A DNA stretch of 64,000 nt. Origin: Strigamia acuminata (taxonomy: Eukaryota). The notes under the pieces were generated by a model. It ran no database searches and had not been told where the DNA came from. It saw only the letters and a program-made list of their open reading frames with translations. The translations under genes and the position numbers were made by a program. The stretch is taken from positions 25,420,001 to 25,484,000 of the forward strand of contig OX442314.1 in assembly GCA_949358305.1 (NCBI GenBank), given 5' to 3'. Of the stretch, positions 1 through 14,542 are shown in pieces; positions within the stretch are counted from its first letter, which is position 1, and each line of letters starts with the position of its first letter.

Positions 1-33
1 AATTGACTGTAACGTCTTAAACGAAACACCCTG
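1..33. mobile_element. Right terminus of a Tc1/mariner-like MITE, truncated by the window edge
   Basis: Ends ...GAAACACCCTG followed by TA, the reverse complement of a CAGGGTGTTTC-type TIR. Confidence 0.4.
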
Positions 34-51
34 TACAAGTACGTATATATA

Positions 52-400
52 CAGGGTGGTTCAGAAAGTCTGGTTCACAGTAAATAATTCCCAAACTATT
101 CTAGATGTTGATTCAGTAAAATGATTGTAAGGGTAGTATGTCGGGGGAAATCCAATTATGACATCCAATTTGACCTTTGAGGTCATCTTCAAGGTCATCC
201 ATATTATAACTCGAGAACCGTGACAGATAGAGAGAAAAAGTGAAGTAGAAAGTTGTAGAGCATTATCCAATTAGTCTAGAACTGTTCTTAAAAAAATTAT
301 TTCTTACTGAAAAGTTTTGAGAAAAAAGGTCTGAAACATTACATATACGAACATGTATTATAAATACATTTTAAACATGTATGGTAAATACATTACTTTT
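52..400. mobile_element. Left part of a Tc1/mariner-like MITE
   Basis: Starts TA|CAGGGTGGTTCAG and has an internal TGACCTT...AAGGTCA palindrome. The right end was not found, so the end coordinate is approximate. Confidence 0.35.
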
Positions 401-3400
401 TTGTGTGGAATGACCAAAACAGAATAAATTTTCTTCTAAGGGGCAACTACTGATTGCTTCCGTTTTTCAAATTATTTTTAATTACTAAAGCGCTCCGCTC
501 ATCACTGGATTAATTTATAATTTATCTCGATTCTTTCTTCCCCTTCCTCTTATTAAAACTCAAATCTTGTAGAAAATTTGTACCCAATTTGCTTTTTTAT
601 ATAAACTCGGGTCTAATAGATTAAAGAAAACATCGAACACAGATTTTTATCATCAATTTTATTTCAAATTTGTAATGAAAAACTACTACCCCTGTGCAAT
701 GAGTTTCTTGGGCGGCTTCAGACATTTTTCTTAAAAAAAAAAATTCCAGTGGCTCTCTTCACTCAATTATGGCCGAGCAATAATCATGAGTTTAATTACC
801 CGACATGCCTGCACAAATAACATGCACTGTTCCTTCCACTTGTGCCAAATTAAAACTTTCGCTGTAGGTAGATTAAAAAACAACAAGTAAAAGACAAAAA
901 AAAAATTCAATAACTCGTCAGTGCCACTGCAAACTAATAATCCGGCTTCCAGACAATTTGGAAAGAAGATGACAACGTTTACCGGTAAACAGCCCTAATG
1001 GTCGTACTGGAATGTCCATAACATGCATTTTGGTGCTTTTTTTTCTTTTTACAAATACCACCCCTGTCATTTCGCGCAATGTAAAAAATTACTAACTAAA
1101 TGTCAACAAGATCCAAATGATGAATTATATTTAATATTGCAATACCCATTGCACGTGCTTAGCATTAATGGCTATTTTTTTCTAAATGTTGTTTTTGTTT
1201 TAAATAATAAAATGAAAGACGTAACCAAACGAAATAAAAAGTCAATTACAACGAAAATAAAAATTGTAAAAATTATAATCCTAAAAAAAAAAAAAAAAAA
1301 AAATTAATTAATCCCGAGTTAAAAACACGAGAAAAACAGAGCTACGCGCATGCGCAAACTCAATAAATTTGTTTTTAAATAAAAACAACACAAAAAAAAT
1401 TGGGCATTAACCGATTCTTCAGCAGGAATTAAACATAACAAGAAGAAGAGGAAAAATAAATCATTTTTCAACATCTGCACCAGCTGCAATTAATTCCGCA
1501 CAATTTTTTGATATTAAACGCCGCGACCAAGCAGTCGTGGACCTTTAAAAGTAAGCAAACAATTATTATTTGCATCATTTTATATATTTACCAGCACTTC
1601 AAACTGATTAAGCAGCTGCTAAATGCATTTACACGCTTCTAATTGCACATTAACTCCGAAATTCCAAAAAAAAAACAGGTTTAATAATCCGAGCAAACAT
1701 TAAAAAAACTCGAGAAAAATTCGCCAATTGTGTCACCATCGCATTCACGCAGTGAGAAATGATTAAACGAACGTGAAAAACGCTCACTTGACATTTCCTC
1801 AACCTTCTTTACAGGCCCAAATTTGCATGCATATAAATTGCACTTGACTCATCTCCAATTATGAAAAGTCACAGACCCCGACTCGCTTTTCCGCAGGTAT
1901 TTGAGCAATAAGTTGCAGAAAAAGGTGCACATGAGAAACCATATACTTGATAAACTTGGACCTCTTTGATCTTCGTGTCTACTTGTATTGTGCACATACT
2001 TGAGAAATGACGATCACGTCCCAGTGTCTCAAAGGTCAGTCTGCTTCTGGGCATATTCCAGTGCAATGATACAAGTCGACCAAAGTCATATCCCAGCGGC
2101 CCTTTTTCCGACCGCATTTATGGCTTGTAGATTCGACTTGAGTGTTGCAATAATTTTTTTTCCATCGGCTGTTAACCAACTTAAAGGGTACATTTTCATG
2201 TACCTTAGGAAGCACTCTCGTCAGAACGTGACGTGAAATGAAAAGAATCGAAATTAAAACAAACTTGATTACGAAGAAAAGGAAAAAAAAAAATTAAAAG
2301 CTCACTTTAGACTCAAAAACCTTTTAATAATTTAACAACTTTTTTTTTTTTATTTTTAATTTTCTAATCATGTTGTTGTGATGTGGAACTCTTCTTTGCG
2401 CATCTTTTACTCATTATACAATAAATTGGTCATTTTGCCAAAGTGCTACACATAAAACTATTAATTCCTTTTTTGAAAGGTGGGGGAGCAATGAAGAATG
2501 CCTCAGTTCACTCCCATGCCCTGAGTTGAATCTTTAATAAGTTGAAGGTGTGCCTTTTCACACCTTTCTCAGTGTATACATCTTCCCTTTTTTTCATTAA
2601 TGATGTACTACCATTTTTTTTTTTTACTTTTCTTTTGAGAAATATATATATATATATTTTTATTTTTCCAAACTTCAACATTTACGAAAGAAATATTTTT
2701 TTTATTTTTTATTTTTCCATTATTTTTCCACACGCAATTCTTTTCAAATCAAATAACACAGAAATGATAATAACGGAGGTAATGACAATTACAAATTCTG
2801 AAGCCAACAAACAAATTGTTTCCATTACAAAACAAGTCGGGCCATTCATTCCATTGTGGGAAATGTCAGTTATCATGAGTTTGGGTTCAGAAAGGTGCAA
2901 ATTTTTCATCGTCAAATCCACAGAAGCGAAATGTTGTCAAGGTTACAACACAACTCAAATGATAATTACAGTGTGTGTGACTTTACAAAATAAAAAAAAT
3001 TAAAATTAAACAATATTAAAAATCGGTATCTCTACACCGGTGTATTGCGGTACTTAACCTATATCAATCATACATATATAATAACACACTTGCTGATGAT
3101 TCTTGCACATGAAATTAACGCCGAGTCTGCCGAGTTGGCATTAAAAAACTATCAAATTACCTGATAATTACATGCTTCCCGAACAATGCGATTTAACACC
3201 TCTTAAACTTACCATCAACAGTCAATGACCCACATGATTGCACAGCGGCCATTTTGTTTGCACATCTCAATACCAATATAATAAAAACTAAGCCGATAAC
3301 CACAAATTACTTTTGCTTGTTGTTGTTTATTTACTTTATTTTAGCATTACTAGGCCTAATATTCAAAATCCAAAATTAAAAATGGCTGCCACCCTAATTA

Positions 3401-3520
3401 CATCGGGTCGAACTTCCAATTGTTATAATGCTTGCAGGTAAAGCATCCACCACCAAAAAACGTGCTTAAAAGTTCAATTATATTGAAAGAAGTGGGCCAA
3501 CGGGAAACGACTCATAACAA

Positions 3521-4092
3521 TTACCATGTTTACATGGTTACAGTTTTCCAGATAAGTGAATATTCGGATTTTATTTATCTGGATAACCGTTTGCGTTTAC
3601 ATGATGTTAGTTTTCTGGTAAACATGACGTCATACGAGAATTACCCATACTGCCCTTTGATTATCTGGAACAACAAAATGGCTGTTGATCCATTTCAGCC
3701 AAACAAATGAAATGGTGGTTAGGAAAGAGGTTTTTGCTCGAATCTTTGCAATGGTGCCTAATATGCAAATTCTGATCCCAAAAATGGTGGTTTTAGCTGA
3801 TTTCACATTGATTTCGGTACCAAATGTCGTTGGTATGTAGGCCTAACGTATTTTTACTCCAACGATTCGACGATATCTCGATCCAAGTTTTTGAATTTTC
3901 GCATGCACGGGTGTTTACATGCAGTTTTTAATGCGCAAAACACCCAAAATCTAGCTCGTACAACTGAAATTTAGTTTTCCAGATAAGTCTGTCTTTTCTA
4001 GAAAACTGATTTGTTTACATGATCAGTTTTCCAGAAAAGTAAAATTTGCATTTTCACTTATCCAGATAACTGGGTACATGTAAACATGGTAA
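3521..4092. mobile_element. MITE with 16-bp perfect TIRs (PIF/Harbinger-like)
   Basis: TTACCATGTTTACATG at 3521 and its exact reverse complement at 4077-4092. Subterminal repeats of GTTTTCCAGA/GTTTACATG. Non-coding. Confidence 0.8.
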
Positions 4093-5592
4093 ATGACTAA
4101 AACTATTTCAGCACTCACCAACAATGCAGAACCATCCTCTGCTACCAATGTTTTCGTCTTCTTTTTCTTTTATAAAAACACCAAAAACCATACAAATAGA
4201 AACTTTAAAGGCACCCATAATTCGACACCTTTAAAAACACCATTCATCACCCTCATTTTCAAAAATTAATTTTTATTGCTCAAGTTCTACAACCCATCCC
4301 CTCGTGCATGCCCCAGACTACCCATCAACAGAGCTACCTTAGGATATGGGACAAAAAGTTACCAGATAAAAAATGAAAAAGCCTGAAATGCCCCTAGACT
4401 GAACCGTAATAGTCGAAGCAAAGTGAAAATGAGAAAAAACGAGGCCTCTTTCAAGTTAATCACCCGATGCGCGCCTCCATCTCACCCTGTGACCTCGATT
4501 GAATTGTACGATCCAAATTACGGCTTTATTCGACCAAATCATAGGCTAATAAAAATGTAAACCAGTAGCTGTCACCAACTACTCACCTCGTGTTTTATAG
4601 ACTTTAGGGGCAAGATTATTACGACCCATAAACGGAGGGATGGCAAATAACATGACCGGAAGTATTTTTGTCGAGAAAATTATACGCGACCCGGTTCGTA
4701 GTAAAAGTTTGGGGGACGAAAAGGAGAACAATTCATGTTATTTCACTCTTGAGGAGATTTTGAAAGCGAAAAAGATGATTTCAGAGGTGTATGTGCTTAT
4801 CAAAGTGTCTTGTGGGATGTCTGTCATTAGAGCGATTTGAGAAGTGGAGTTTTGCTCGGTCTAAAAAATGGAATAAAAGTGTGTATTTTTCACATCAAAT
4901 AGTGGAAAAGCTTTTCAGCACTGTGTCAGACACCAATCAATTTGTAAAAGTGTGAAAATAACTAGTTATGAGAAGCTTAATGTACCTAGTATTACATCTT
5001 TCAACAAGAAAAGAAAGAGAAGAAGATAAAAATAGGTTGCATTCAATTTTTCCCCTAGTTTCACCTGGTAATACACTTAGATGCCAAAAAAACCGCTACA
5101 ATTGTTTTTTTTTTGTTTTTAATACAAAATTTCTAATAAAATAAAAAATAAAAAAAGATTCAGTAAAAGTTCTGACCAGAAACATACTTAAACAGAAGCC
5201 ATGTTGCAAAATTTTACTATTATATGCGACTTTTAGTTGTAATATGCATTTACCGGTAATTCAAAAATGGAATTTTTAGTTCAAAATGAAGGTTTTTGTT
5301 CAAAAACGCAGTTTTTAGTTCAAATATGCAGTTTTTAGTTCAAAAATAAACTTTTAAAAAGAGCATTTTAGAATTTCTGTAAGGCTACCGGTAGCAAAAC
5401 GATTTGTAAGTTGATAAATGAACGGTGAAACGCAAGTTGAACAGTTGAACAAGAAACAAGTGTTTACTCTATGAAGTACAGGAGTCAAACTGTATTCAAT
5501 AATTTGCAACAATACATAAGCATGCGCAACACACACGTTTTCAAATCACGTTTTATAAACACAACAACTTAAAACTGACAATTTCTTATATT

Positions 5593-6748
5593 AGAGAGTT
5601 TGCGACAGGTACTTTTCCCGTACAAAAACTCCCGTTAAGCCTATAAGTATAGTGGAAAACTTATAACTCTACCGGAGCTTACACTATTTCTGAAAACAGC
5701 GTAGCCAATCCGGTAGTTTTCCACTATTTACGTCAGTAACTAAAAATCTGGATTAGCATTGACCTGTTTCGCCGCCATTTTGAATTCTCCGCTTCATTCA
5801 CGCGCGGAGCACATGTTACAATTTATCTAATTGTTTGTGCTTTAAATTCTTGTAAATTCACAATAATAAAGTTGCAGCATTGTATTGCATCAGTTAAAAA
5901 CAGAAACTCTTTCTTTTTATGCGAATGAGACATTACTAGTTTCGGTAATCACGTGACATGTATAAGATTGACTCCAATTTTATAACAATAACTTAAAACC
6001 CACTTTTACCTTATACTAAATATAGTCAGTGTTGTATCTATTTCACTAAATCGCGAACTAGTTCTAGTTCTCGTTCATCACCATTTTCAATTTACTGAAC
6101 TAGTTCTAGTTCCCGTTCACCCCGAAATCTCAAAGTGAACTAAGTTCTAGTTCAGTTCTAGTTCAGTTCTAGTTCAGTTCACTTTACAAACTTTTTTTTT
6201 GTGAATTCAAATTTTTATTTACACTATTTTATACTGGAATAAGACATTAATTTACTGTAAAAATTATTAAATTATTAAATTATTAGTGTTTACAGGAAAT
6301 AAATTCGACCAAAAATGGATATTTTTTTACCATGAAAACAAGAAAATCCCGAATTTTTGAGAAATCGAAAACAACCGAACGTTTTATAGCGAAATGACAT
6401 GTTTTTATTTAAAAATAAGTTGTTACAATTATCGAAATCCTTCGACGAAACATATTTGACAAATGTTTAAAACTAAAAACGAATGGAATCATCGTCTGTG
6501 ATTGGCCGTGACATATAACGTCGGAAGAACGAATTAGTTAACGAACTAGAACGTAGTTCGCGTCAAAAAAACGAACTTCGTTCGTTTTTTAAGTTCTTTA
6601 AAAAAGGTGAACTAGTTCGCGTTCTTAGTTCGCGAACTACGAACTAAGTTCGCGAACGCGAACTATTAGTTCTAGTTCGATACAACACTGAATATAGTGT
6701 AAAAAAATGTCATAATTGTAAGGGAAAAGTACCTGCCGCAAACTCTCT
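5593..6748. mobile_element. Non-autonomous TIR element with 3-bp ATT flanks (PIF/Harbinger/ISL2EU-like), host of a nested hAT MITE
   Basis: AGAGAGTTTGCGACAGGTACTTTTCCC versus GGGAAAAGTACCTGCCGCAAACTCTCT (27 bp, 1 mismatch), with ATT on both sides. Confidence 0.8.
6027..6690. mobile_element. hAT-type MITE, nested
   Basis: 12-bp perfect TIR CAGTGTTGTATC / GATACAACACTG, exact 8-bp TSD AATATAGT (6019-6026, 6691-6698), and many subterminal GAACT/AGTTC repeats. Confidence 0.92.
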
Positions 6749-6752
6749 ATTG

Positions 6753-7061
6753 CAGGGGTTCCCAAACTTTTTAGCATCGCGCCCCACTTTTTAAGCAAGG
6801 TGATCTTCTGCGCCCCACTTCATCTACCAGTGCATTAAATTTTTAAAAAATATACTACAAAAAAGAAAAAAAGAAATTTTAATATAAATTTGCATAAAAC
6901 TGTGTATAATTTTTTATATAATTTTATATAATTTTGGTTAAAAATTTATAAAAGTTTGCAAAATAAGCTTGTTTTATTTAGGCATGTACGATGGGTGCGC
7001 CCCACCAATAATCAGCTCGCGCCCCACCAGTGAGGCGCGCCTCATCGTTTGGGAAACCCTG
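6753..7061. mobile_element. hAT (Charlie-like) MITE
   Basis: TIR CAGGGGTTCCCAAAC / GTTTGGGAAACCCTG, exact 8-bp TSD CTCTATTG (6745-6752, 7062-7069), and subterminal GCGCCCCAC repeats. Confidence 0.92.
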
Positions 7062-8595
7062 CTCTATTGTTAAATTACAGCAATGTAAAAATAAAAGCGT
7101 GCATTGAAAAACTGCATGATTTGTTAGTTATTTTTTATCCAAAGCAATCTTTATGCGATCCACCCATTTCTTTGCGACCTCAGATCAGGCGTAATCACCC
7201 ACTGAATTTCAGACACTTTAACTTTGATAAGTCATTTTATCATTTTAATTCACTCTATGAAAAGTTCATTCCCAGTCCCACAATAACAAAGTTACATAAG
7301 TTGACTTTTCACACGTTTCAAGGGGTCAAATTGTGCGTGCTATGCCAAGCAGATGTTAGTTTGCGTGCTGTTATGCTCGTGGAATGTAGGACCTTGCTGC
7401 AAGTTTTCTCCGCTTCTGTTACATTCTGGTCTCATTATAACTACACTAACATTTATTGCCCTCCATACATATACAATTTAATTAGAGATTAGACGCAAAT
7501 ACCTACGGAAAATGAAAAAAGACAACAAAAAAGATATGACTTTACGTGCGCCTTCTTTACTGCGCTCCTATCGCATCAGTAAAACCACATTTACATTTTA
7601 TTACTATCTTTATATATATCTCTCAATTTTATGAATATCATTAATTGCCCTCGTGTCCATAACAATATGTAAATGCCGCCATAACTATTAAACACAAAAT
7701 GAAATAAATCAGTTTATTTTATTACATTTTTCAAGCAATTTTTTAAAAATAAAAAAAATTAATTAAAAAAAAATATCTTAATTTGATTAATGATTTGTTG
7801 CTGATGTTTTAACACTTACCACCACTTCTTTGTTATCTGATTTTTAATCCTCCCTCTATGGGCCGATTGAATAAATTAAAATAATCAGGCAAAATTTATA
7901 CCCATACCCATAATGTCTTGTAAATTAAAAAAAATTAAAAAAAAAAACTTAAAAACAAAAAATAAAATATAATTAAACAAAAAATGCATTGTAAAATTTA
8001 AAATAAAATAAAATCTTCAATTTATTGTTGTTGTTGGGGGTCTCCCATGCATAAGAGTTCATTCAAAGCCTCAACTCCATATTAATTCACAAACTCATTT
8101 CAATTCAGGTCAGCATATGCCCAATGCAAACATACCAACGGCTAAAAGACATAAATCGAAAATGAAAAGAAGACGAGTGCAAAACGATATAAAGTTGATT
8201 CCAACGAGACAATTGACAGTTACGAGCAATCTGTGAAATATTACGAACCCAGCCAACTGCCAAGTGCATTCTAAAACGGGCAAATTGAGCTTTTTGATTG
8301 CTGGCAATGATAAAACACCCCTTGACTCAATCGAGCCCGGCTCATCATTGCATGCATGATTCGACATTTAGATAAAGCTTTTACGAGCCATTTCAATTTC
8401 ACGTTTATTTCAACTGATAATTTAATAAAGCTTCGACGCTTAATTAAGTCCCGGCCCAAAACTATTCTTTTATTACATTTAAAGACCTGTTCACTTTAAA
8501 TTCAAATTTAGAAACAACAAATTCAAATTCCATTTTGTTTTTGACGCAAAATTGTTGCAAATCCACTTTAACACTCCCGTAAACAAAACCAGAAT

Positions 8596-8596
8596 A

Positions 8597-8630
<34 letters not shown>

Positions 8631-8643
8631 ATTATTATTATTA
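8596..8643. repeat. (ATT)n microsatellite
   Basis: Direct reading of the sequence. Confidence 0.9.
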
Positions 8644-9166
8644 AATTCAGTGCATAGTTTTGCATGCATTGCATACATATGCAAATAATTCGTTAATCTG
8701 TGGGTAAGAGCTATTCAATGTCGTTTGATGGCCCTTTCTGATTACAACTCTAGAACCCCTCTTTTATGCTCGCCCCTGGATCCTCTAAAACCCTTTTTCA
8801 GATCTCCACTACAGTGGACATAAAGGGTTTAGGGAGCTTAATTATTAATCAATAAACGAGTTTTCCATAGCTGCGTCCAGCAGGAAAGGAACAGTTCATT
8901 GAAAGCGTGTCTCCTGCACGCGCACATTCACCGATTGAATATCCGCACAAGCTTTTTGTCCCAGTCGACATCTCATTGGCCCACCGACTGCCAGGTGCAC
9001 GCGCCTGTACCCCATACTCACTGGATTAAAGGAACGGGTTGTTGACTGCGGACAAATATTGTTTCCATTTTTTTGTTGCCTTTCGTGCACCCGCGATGGC
9101 TTTTCCAAAAACCACGATGTCATCGACATATTAAATATACGTTTGGTCTACATCAGTAGCCGCAAG

Positions 9167-9297
9167 ACGCATTCATAAAGTCATTTAAACTAATCAACAT
9201 ATTTAAACAGCTTTTCTCGATGTTTTCAGTCGCGTGCACGACATTTAAACAACAAAACACGTTTAACTGCAAGTTGTACATGACTTTATGAATGCGT
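9167..9297. mobile_element. 131-bp MITE (GCATTC-type TIR family, Harbinger-like)
   Basis: 18-bp perfect TIR ACGCATTCATAAAGTCAT / ATGACTTTATGAATGCGT. Related ends occur at about 42640-42670, 54046-54343 and 55330-55360. Confidence 0.8.
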
Positions 9298-11252
9298 TAA
9301 TATGGAAAATTATGATGTAATGCCGTTTGGCTTCGCCCACAATAAGAAAACTACAAATTAACAATGTTATAATGTTATTTTGGAATGATTTTTCTCATAT
9401 AAAGACTGCAACCATTGTTACGATCACATGATCATGACCTCGTTGTTCCATAGGTCTATTCAGTCGGGTGAAATTTAGTCGTTATTTTCGAATTTCCAGA
9501 TGACTTTTTAACATTTTAATGTAAATGCGTTCCGCTATACCGACACAATCACTGCACATCTTTGACCTCTGCATTCTTTGGATCAACAAAACTGTACACA
9601 ATTATCATTAAAGCGAAATTTCATTCAGTATTGTCCACTTTTTATTGTGCGCAGGTGTTTTTTTAATATTTCTTTTTTTTTCATTTTTTCATTTGTCATT
9701 GGTATATGTGGGGGTGTAAACTACGGATACTCTTTGTGTTGGTTACAACTACTGGAAAACACAAAGTGGTTGTTACGGTCCGTGAGACATAGTGAAACTT
9801 TTGTAACATTACATCCGCCTTTTGCAGTGGTAAAACGTGGCCCCGGGTATGTTTCATTCTGCTCGTGCTTGCACCGAGGGGATCATTGAATTTACGATCA
9901 GAGTGCACCGTGTGCCCCGCCCGGCATCTCGTTTCAGATTAATAACAGGGAAAGGGGGTGGAGGAAAACATTTTAAATTTTATTTTTTTATTTCTTTTTA
10001 TTTTTTATTTAATAAAAAAAAAAAAAAAAAAAAAAAGATGTAAAAATTTTAATGTTTAGGGATGGAAATTGAATCTATCGGAGATGAGAAATTAAATTGA
10101 ATTCAATCTTGTGTTAAATAGGTATTAGACGGCTGATTTGATGCTTATAAATGCAATGAAAACTGTTGATAGGTCCTAATGAAAAGGAAGAGTTCAAATT
10201 ATGTGAGAAATTTTTTTCTTTGGGATATAATATTTTTTTTTTTAAATTTAAGAATTGAAGAATAAAAAAAAAATTGATGCTCTTAGAAATTTAAAAAAAA
10301 AATTAAGATTGCGGGGATAGCGCATAAAAATTGTGAAAATGTCAATTAAACTAATGTAAAAATGTAAATTCTTAAAATTATTTTTATTTTTTATTTTTTA
10401 TAGCGTGTAATTAATTTATTTAACACCTTTTTCACATATATGCAATATTTATCAATAAAAAAAATTAATTTAAAAGTTGTTTTGAAAAAATCAGTTAAAA
10501 TGATAATAATTACCAGCCGAAAAATGGGCGGCAAATCACAGATTTCGAGCACAAGAAATAATAAAAAAATTAATCCAAAATATGGAAAATAGCTAAAAAA
10601 AAAATTAAACAAAAATAAATTTAATAAATAATAAATTATTCCAAAACAAGGAGAGAAAAATTCCGAATTAAATTTTTTTTCCGCTTCAAAAATTCCGAAT
10701 TAAATTTTTTTCGCTTCGAAAATTTCGAATCTAAATTCTTTAATTCCCTCTTAAGCGTATGCAATTACACAATACCCACAACTACAAAACATTTCTCACC
10801 TCCATAACACAATCGAGCATTAGTAAGCACAAAAGGAAAAAAATAATGACATGACAAATTGCCTCGCCTAACTAAATTGGCAAATTTACTTTAAGAATCA
10901 CGTTGCATCAACACTTATGTCGCCAATGCATTACATCTCAAGATTTATACTTCAACAATTTATTTCACACCTAACTTAAAGTAAAACAAGACGACATTAA
11001 ATTAAGTAAGCCCTACGGTAAATAGTATATAAATTTACACTGGAAAAAAGTGATTCAAATTATAAACATTTTTCTTCTTAAAGGAGAAATTACGGAATTG
11101 TAATTTTGATGTCTGCAATTTCGGCAATTATTTATCAGATCATCACAATCATCCCTCTCATTAGCATTGTGTAGTCTGACTAAAACATGTATTTCAGTGT
11201 GAAACAATAAGATCCCAAATTTGATAAATGCAAAATTATACTTTCTACACAC

Positions 11253-11503
11253 AAAAATACACTTTTCGTGTGTAAAAAAATTTTTCGTGTGTAAAAATAC
11301 ACTTTTCGTGTGTAAAAATACACTTTTCGTGTGTAAAAATACACTTTTCGTGTGTAATAATACACTTTTCCTGTGTAAAAATACACTTTTCATGTGTAAA
11401 AATACACTTTTCGAGTGTAAAAATACACTTTTCGTGTGTAAAAATACACTTTTCGTGTGTAAAAATACACTTTTCGTGTGTAAAAATACTTTCTGTGTGT
11501 TGT
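11253..11503. repeat. 21-bp minisatellite, about 11 copies
   Basis: Unit AAAAATACACTTTTCGTGTGT. Explains the repetitive ORFs at 11055-11681. Confidence 0.95.
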
Positions 11504-12708
11504 AAATATCGGAATAAATAATCGAAAAAAGTAAAATTTTAATGCCCACACCTGTATTAAAAAAAATGTAACAAACACATATTATTAGATGCAAACAAGC
11601 CCTTTTTAAAGTACTATTTTGCCCCCAATGCACACTTTTTTTAAAAAAAAAATAAAAATAAAATCCAACTTTTCTCGACATTTATAAAAATCCTAAAACC
11701 GCATTCCGAATTTCCTTCCTCCAGATCCCACCACCCGCGGGACCATCGCCCTGCATTTAAACGCTTTCCCCGCAAGGGCGTTGGCAGCCACTTGGCGAAC
11801 TAAAGTGACTTTTCATATGCAAGTTGAATCTGTGAATTCTCCTCGCTTTCATCACACCACCCTCTACACAAGATTTATTCCCCGAAAGTCACCGGGTCAA
11901 ACAACGTAATTACCCTCCAATCTCGACAGTTTAGAATCACCCACATTCGCCCCTCACATAACGATACTCTTACCAACATTTACGGGACCTTTACCTGGTA
12001 ATTGCTCCGCATCAAACAATTTCCCTCCAACAATTTATCGCTTCCCATCCCTCGCCGCCGCGTCACTCCTCATCCCGCAGACAGAAAAACAAACAACCCT
12101 TTCAAATTAAACCAAATTACTCACAAAATCGCATAAATCCACCCGATATGCAATTCCACATGTAAATGACAACTAAATTACGCTCCACAAATTATTTTCC
12201 AACGCATATATGATTTTATTAAGAATGAAAATGGTGAAATTGCGTACCGTAATTCGACTATTATGTTCAATTGAAATCACCGTTGAATGAATATTGCACG
12301 TCAGGTGATGCCGACTGCACCTATTCAACCTGCAGATCATTCACCCACCTCAGCTCAGCTCACCTCAGACTCCAGATGGCATCGAGTGACATCTGCAGCT
12401 CGAAATAGCCGCGCGTACGTGTGCACGAGTTGAGGGAAGTCCCCAAAGGCCACTTCCGTAAACATTGGTAGGCACAAGCCCATTGTTAATGGCATGTGGT
12501 ACGATGTCTTTGCGGAAGGATTGCTTCAGATTGAGATGCCAATAGACGATCCCACCACAGCTGGTTCTTAAAGAGGAAGTAACCAGCTGAAATTACTGTT
12601 ATGATTTCATAAAAACTCACACCTGCGCATCAACAGATTTTCCGAATCAGAAACGAGTTCAATCGTGCAATTAACAGTTTAAGCAACAACTGCAATTTGT
12701 AATCGTTA

Positions 12709-13341
12709 GGTGCATTCAGAGTTTGTATTTATGTGCTTTTTGGAACGGCAGAAACAGAAGACGAAAACATGACATCGTATCTGTTTATTTTATTGTTTGG
12801 TTTTTGTATTTTACTAGTAAATGGTTAAGAAAATTCCTTCATTTTAAAAATACAAGAAATGCACTCAAAGTTTCTGTTTTGGTGGTTTTTGGTGTTTTTA
12901 TAAACAGCAAAAACAGAAAGCAAAAACGTGCCTAACCGTGAATGTGTTTGTTTTTAGGCCCGTTTGTTACATCGTTTCTGCGTCTCGATCGTGCGAGTCA
13001 ATGGCGCATAAAAATTCATTTTTCTTTCGATTCAACCGACGAATTGTAGTTGTGGCCTCCTTATTTTTAAACACAGTTTAGCATTTACTCACATTTTGGG
13101 AGGTGGATGCTTCGCATCAAAGTATTTACGACGCTTGAAAGTCTGATCCGTCGATCTAACATTCGAGACGGCCATTTTAAATTTGGTTGTAAAAACCAAA
13201 ACCTGGCATAAACGATTTCAAAAACAACTCTAGAGTGCCATGTTTTTTTGTGCTGTTTGGTGATGATTTTAAGCTGTTTTTGCTGTCCATTCGGTCTACA
13301 AAAACAGCAAAAACGGTAAAAACAGAAACTTTAAACGCACC
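12709..13341. mobile_element. Degenerate PIF/Harbinger-like MITE
   Basis: TTA|GGTGCATTCAGAGTTT ... AAACTTTAAACGCACC|TAA (3 mismatches), with subterminal AAACAGCAAAAAC repeats. Confidence 0.6.
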
Positions 13342-14542
13342 TAATGTATTTTTCGAACCACCCCCAAGGGTATGGCCCACTTCTTACTTTAATTCGCTTG
13401 TAAAAACCAAAAGCAAGAACAAACCACTTCAAAAACCACTCTAGTTTTTTCAATTTCTGAAGATGGTTTATAGCAATTATTTATTTATTTATTTATTTAT
13501 CCATTCTGCTTACAGAAACATTAAAAACAACATAAAAATAAAACTCCGCTTATTAAAAAACAACAAAAATCTCGATTTAACAAAAAATAAACCCAAAGCA
13601 GATTGTTTACCGTTTGAAAATCGCCGATTCCCTACAAACACACTTGTTTTTGTTGACCACCGACTCAGATTTGATATAAAGGCTTCACCTAGTGGTCCGC
13701 ATTACGCTTTTAGTAACGGTCATCGCACAGTAACCCTTCCGCGAGGTGGAGAATGTCAACAAGTAACCCATTGACGGAAAGGGTTCAAAATAGAAAACTG
13801 GAAAGACATATCATCGGATTTGTATTGGAGAGTCAAGTTGAGGGCGAGGCCCTCGAGCAGCGAATAACTCCTTTGTATTTCAAGAACTCTTCACCAGATC
13901 AGACAAACAGGTCACTCCGACCATGGTCAAGGTCTCCCTGTATAACCCATTCGCGAATATGCCCCATAATAGGACCACTCCTAAAACCCAAAATCCCACA
14001 AACCCAACTACTTCCGGATGTGGAAATAGAGTCGCTACTTGCAAATAAGACTTCCGACATTGTTTGCATCTCAAGGTATGGGGGTATTGAATTTAGATCA
14101 TCAATCATTTCGGGTGTTTTCATGCATTGCGCGCCGCTTTCTTGTGTTTTTCACTCGAGTGTACGAAAAAAAGTTTAAAAAAACAAGTGAAAAGTAATAC
14201 CGAGTGGCATTGACCGACAAATTACATTTTGCCAGACAGAGAACACACACAGAAGTTGGAAAAGGAAAAAAAAAAGAGAAAAAAAAGAAATGCTCACCAG
14301 ATGTGCTTGGACACACTCGATTTTCTCCGTGAATTAGTGAAATCCAACAAACGATGTGACGGGTAAAGAGAGATATGTGCATTATTCTGGAGACCTCCCA
14401 AAGTCGAATGACTTTGACTTTCTTCTTTGTTGCACTAGAAACAAAAAATTAAATTAAAGAGATGTCACTTTGGTGTTCGCTTATCTCTTTTGCACATTTC
14501 GTTTGGTCAGTTTAATTATCTAATAAAAAACAAAAAATAAAA

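Noticed and set aside
11055..11681. 208-aa ORF with HTKSVFL repeats, and a CRISPR-like appearance because each unit has a TACAC/GTGTA mini-palindrome
   Set aside because: It is a head-to-tail 21-bp minisatellite with no unique spacers and no cas genes, in a eukaryotic context. The ORFs are by-products of a stop-free unit.
13753..14178. EIESLLANKTSDIVCIS resembles the start of a LINE AP-endonuclease
   Set aside because: The following ETW and downstream GG/YRPP/GDFN motifs are absent. Too short to call without a profile search (BLASTX or Dfam would decide).
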